A stretch of 64,000 nt of DNA. It comes from Antedon mediterranea. Lineage: Eukaryota; Animalia; Echinodermata. The stretch spans positions 25,407,175-25,471,174 of the forward strand of contig NC_092677.1 in the NCBI RefSeq assembly GCF_964355755.1, read 5' to 3'. Positions 62,101 through 64,000 of the stretch are shown in pieces (the stretch's first letter is position 1; every line of letters starts with the position of its first letter). The position numbers were made by a program, and so were the translations under genes. The notes under the pieces were generated by a model, which was given only the letters and a program-made list of their open reading frames with translations, ran no database searches and was not told where the DNA came from.

Positions 62101-64000
62101 GAAGCAGAAAGCCATTCTACCAAATCAAACGAAGTTGATGGCAGTAGTCAAGACATTCTGGCAAAAGCTGCAGCTTCTATATTTTCTCCAGGATCATTAG
62201 ATAATGGAGATAATGAACATGATGGAAATTCTCTAATGCAGTTGGAACCGGACAACAAAAATAACGTGCCTCAGGTGAATCGTATGAGCTCAAATAGTTG
62301 TGAAAATCAAAGATCTGTGTTAGAGTCACAGTCTAGTTGGTTGTCCGAACCAGTTCAACCAAGTAAGCCAAGTGAAAAAACTAATGTGCCTTCGAAAGAA
62401 TCTAACGTAAAAACAAAACGTAAGGAAAGTCGGAAGAAAAAAAGACAAAAGAGCACTTCTAAAGAGTCAAACCCGCTTAATATGAGTGGAGCAGGTATAA
62501 CTCAAGAGTTGTTGCAGATGGCCGATATAGCGTCTGAAATGCCAACAAAGTCTTCAGAGTTAAGATCTGAAGATAATTTCCAGCAACCATTAGTTACTTC
62601 AAACAGTCAGTCAGTAACTTCTAGATACTCTGCAGAAGCTATCATAAGTGGTATGGCCTCTGAATCTACCACCACCACCACCACTCAACCAACAGATACA
62701 TGTTCAATATCTAGTACGTCATCAACTCCAAGCAATTCCTCTTTTCCATCGTACACAGGATCAAATAATTATGTTAATGATATTTTAAGTAATTCGATGA
62801 GTGCAAGTGGTTTGCCGACATACATAAATGAAGATGAACAAAACCAACAGAACAGTCTCTTTTCACCTTATAAATCGTCAACCAAGCCTTCGGGTGATGT
62901 AAAAACAGAAGATGTAGTAGTACCCTCTAGATCTGTAGAAGAAAAGAGAAAATCGCCAACATTGAAAAACAGAGCGTTTAGTTCACCAGTCCAAGGAATA
63001 TCAGCTGAACTGTTAAATTTAGCAGATTCCGTATCAGATACACAATCTCAGAGTTCACTTCAACAGGGTCAACAAGAAAACATTTTGCCAGAATTTCTTA
63101 GCCCTTTAAATTCTGAAAGTTCATTGATATCTGACCAGGAGCCAAAGTTGACAATTTCTTCAACAGCATCAGCGGCACAAAGCAGACCTCTGTCATCGTG
63201 GATAAGTCATCATTCAAGGGCGTCTGAGTTAGCATCAGTTACGCAACAAGCTCGTTCACAATCTAATAATCAACCATCAATCACACCGTTTTCAACGAGT
63301 ACAGCCAGATCCCAGAGCCCCACCAGTCGACCCAGCTACTTTTCACAGCCGTGGCTGACAACCACTTCGACTACATCAACAACTAGTAGTTTAGCATTTG
63401 CTCAGAGTGGATTCTCAAGTCCAGTATCATCAACAGCTAGAAGCTCACCAAATTTGATTTCAACTCAACATCAGCAGCTAAATGTTAGTTCGGTTATTAC
63501 CCACAGTACTAAAGCACTAAGTAGTCCATCAAAACAAACGAAAACAACAGAAAGTAAAGTATCACCATCACCGAGAATCTTTACAAAGGAAACAATTCAC
63601 AGAACACTGACAATGGACATTGCTGAGGAACCTACGGAGGAAGTTGTAAAACCAAAGAAACACCACACCCTACCAATTTCAGTGCCAGATAGGCCTCCTA
63701 TGTCGTCTGTTCCGGATAAGCCATCAACACCAACGACAGTGAAACCAAAAACAAAATCTAAACGAAAAAAGAAATCAGTAGAAAAGAAACAAATTGTCGA
63801 GCCACCAACTGCGAACACAAATGAATCATTAGCCAATGTTGGAAAACGCGCCTTAGACAAAGACTTAGTTGATAAATTTCCATGGCTGTCAGAAGCCGGT
63901 GAGGGAAGTCAAGAGGACCAGATGTCTGAAGGCGTAAAACCAAATACAAAAAATAGTACATCATTTAGTGTTCAAACGTTAAGTCAAAGCTCAAAGAACA
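56180..64000 (+). CDS. USF3: bHLH-ZIP transcription factor USF3 (KIAA2018)-like, 3'-incomplete; exons 56180-56255, 57663-57714, 58163-58295, 59167-59262, 60212->64000
   Basis: bHLH RKRRVHNEVEQRRKCKINSGIDKLGHVIP...SKTQILELALDYIAELK, zipper VEELENLKKENNHLREEN, then a >3.7-kb exon of Q/T/S/P-rich sequence with DILAKAAASIFSP and SFSVQTL motifs, as in USF3. It is probably missing from the ORF track because no stop falls in the window. Confidence 0.85.
57825..58132 (-). mobile_element. Degraded CORE-type tRNA SINE with L2-like tail
   Basis: Minus strand: B box-like GGCTCGAATCC, CCTTAGGCAATACACTT, CCCAGGGGTATAAATGGGTACCGG, tail GCGCATTGAG...GCTATTTAAGAA. Confidence 0.6.
58504..58880. mobile_element. 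Non-autonomous TIR element (ISL2EU/Harbinger-like, AT TSD)
   Basis: ~75-bp imperfect TIR AGAGTATCACGGTG-TGACGTCAC...TAGAKGGCGCTGCRTGGTTGCTAGC; AT flanks. Confidence 0.75.
59343..59926. mobile_element. Kolobok-like non-autonomous element (TTAA TSD)
   Basis: TTAA|AGGCCAGGTGCAGGCA ... TGCCTGTACCTGAGCT|TTAA, imperfect TIR. Confidence 0.55.

Overview
AT-rich, intron-containing animal genomic DNA, probably an invertebrate deuterostome such as an echinoderm (inferred from a Deu/Nin-type SINE, a 5S-derived SINE and gene structures). Six spliced protein-coding genes were reconstructed by hand: TBC1D7 (+), a compact GAIN/GPS-7TM adhesion GPCR (+), a CNBD2-like cyclic-nucleotide-binding protein (-), ABHD10 (-) head-to-head with KAT7/HBO1 (+), and USF3 (+, runs off the end). 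A probable first exon of a seventh gene reads leftward from about 5.3 kb. Introns are crowded with TEs: about 20 copies of one ~150-bp Harbinger-type MITE, other MITEs, a P-type element nested in a Harbinger-type element, two Helentron/DINE-like elements whose empty-site paralogues lie in the window, a ~5.6-kb foldback/MULE-like element, an RTE fragment, SINEs, and a young 5'-truncated L1/Tx1 with an apparent 3' transduction. There are no prokaryotic features (no CRISPR, no operons). I found no wholly new system. The best leads are the LINE 3' transduction, MITEs landing exactly on a splice donor and a stop codon, the adhesion-domain-less aGPCR, and TAGGCCTA/CTAG-rich patches just inside first introns. 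Exon edges were read by eye and may be off by a few bases.
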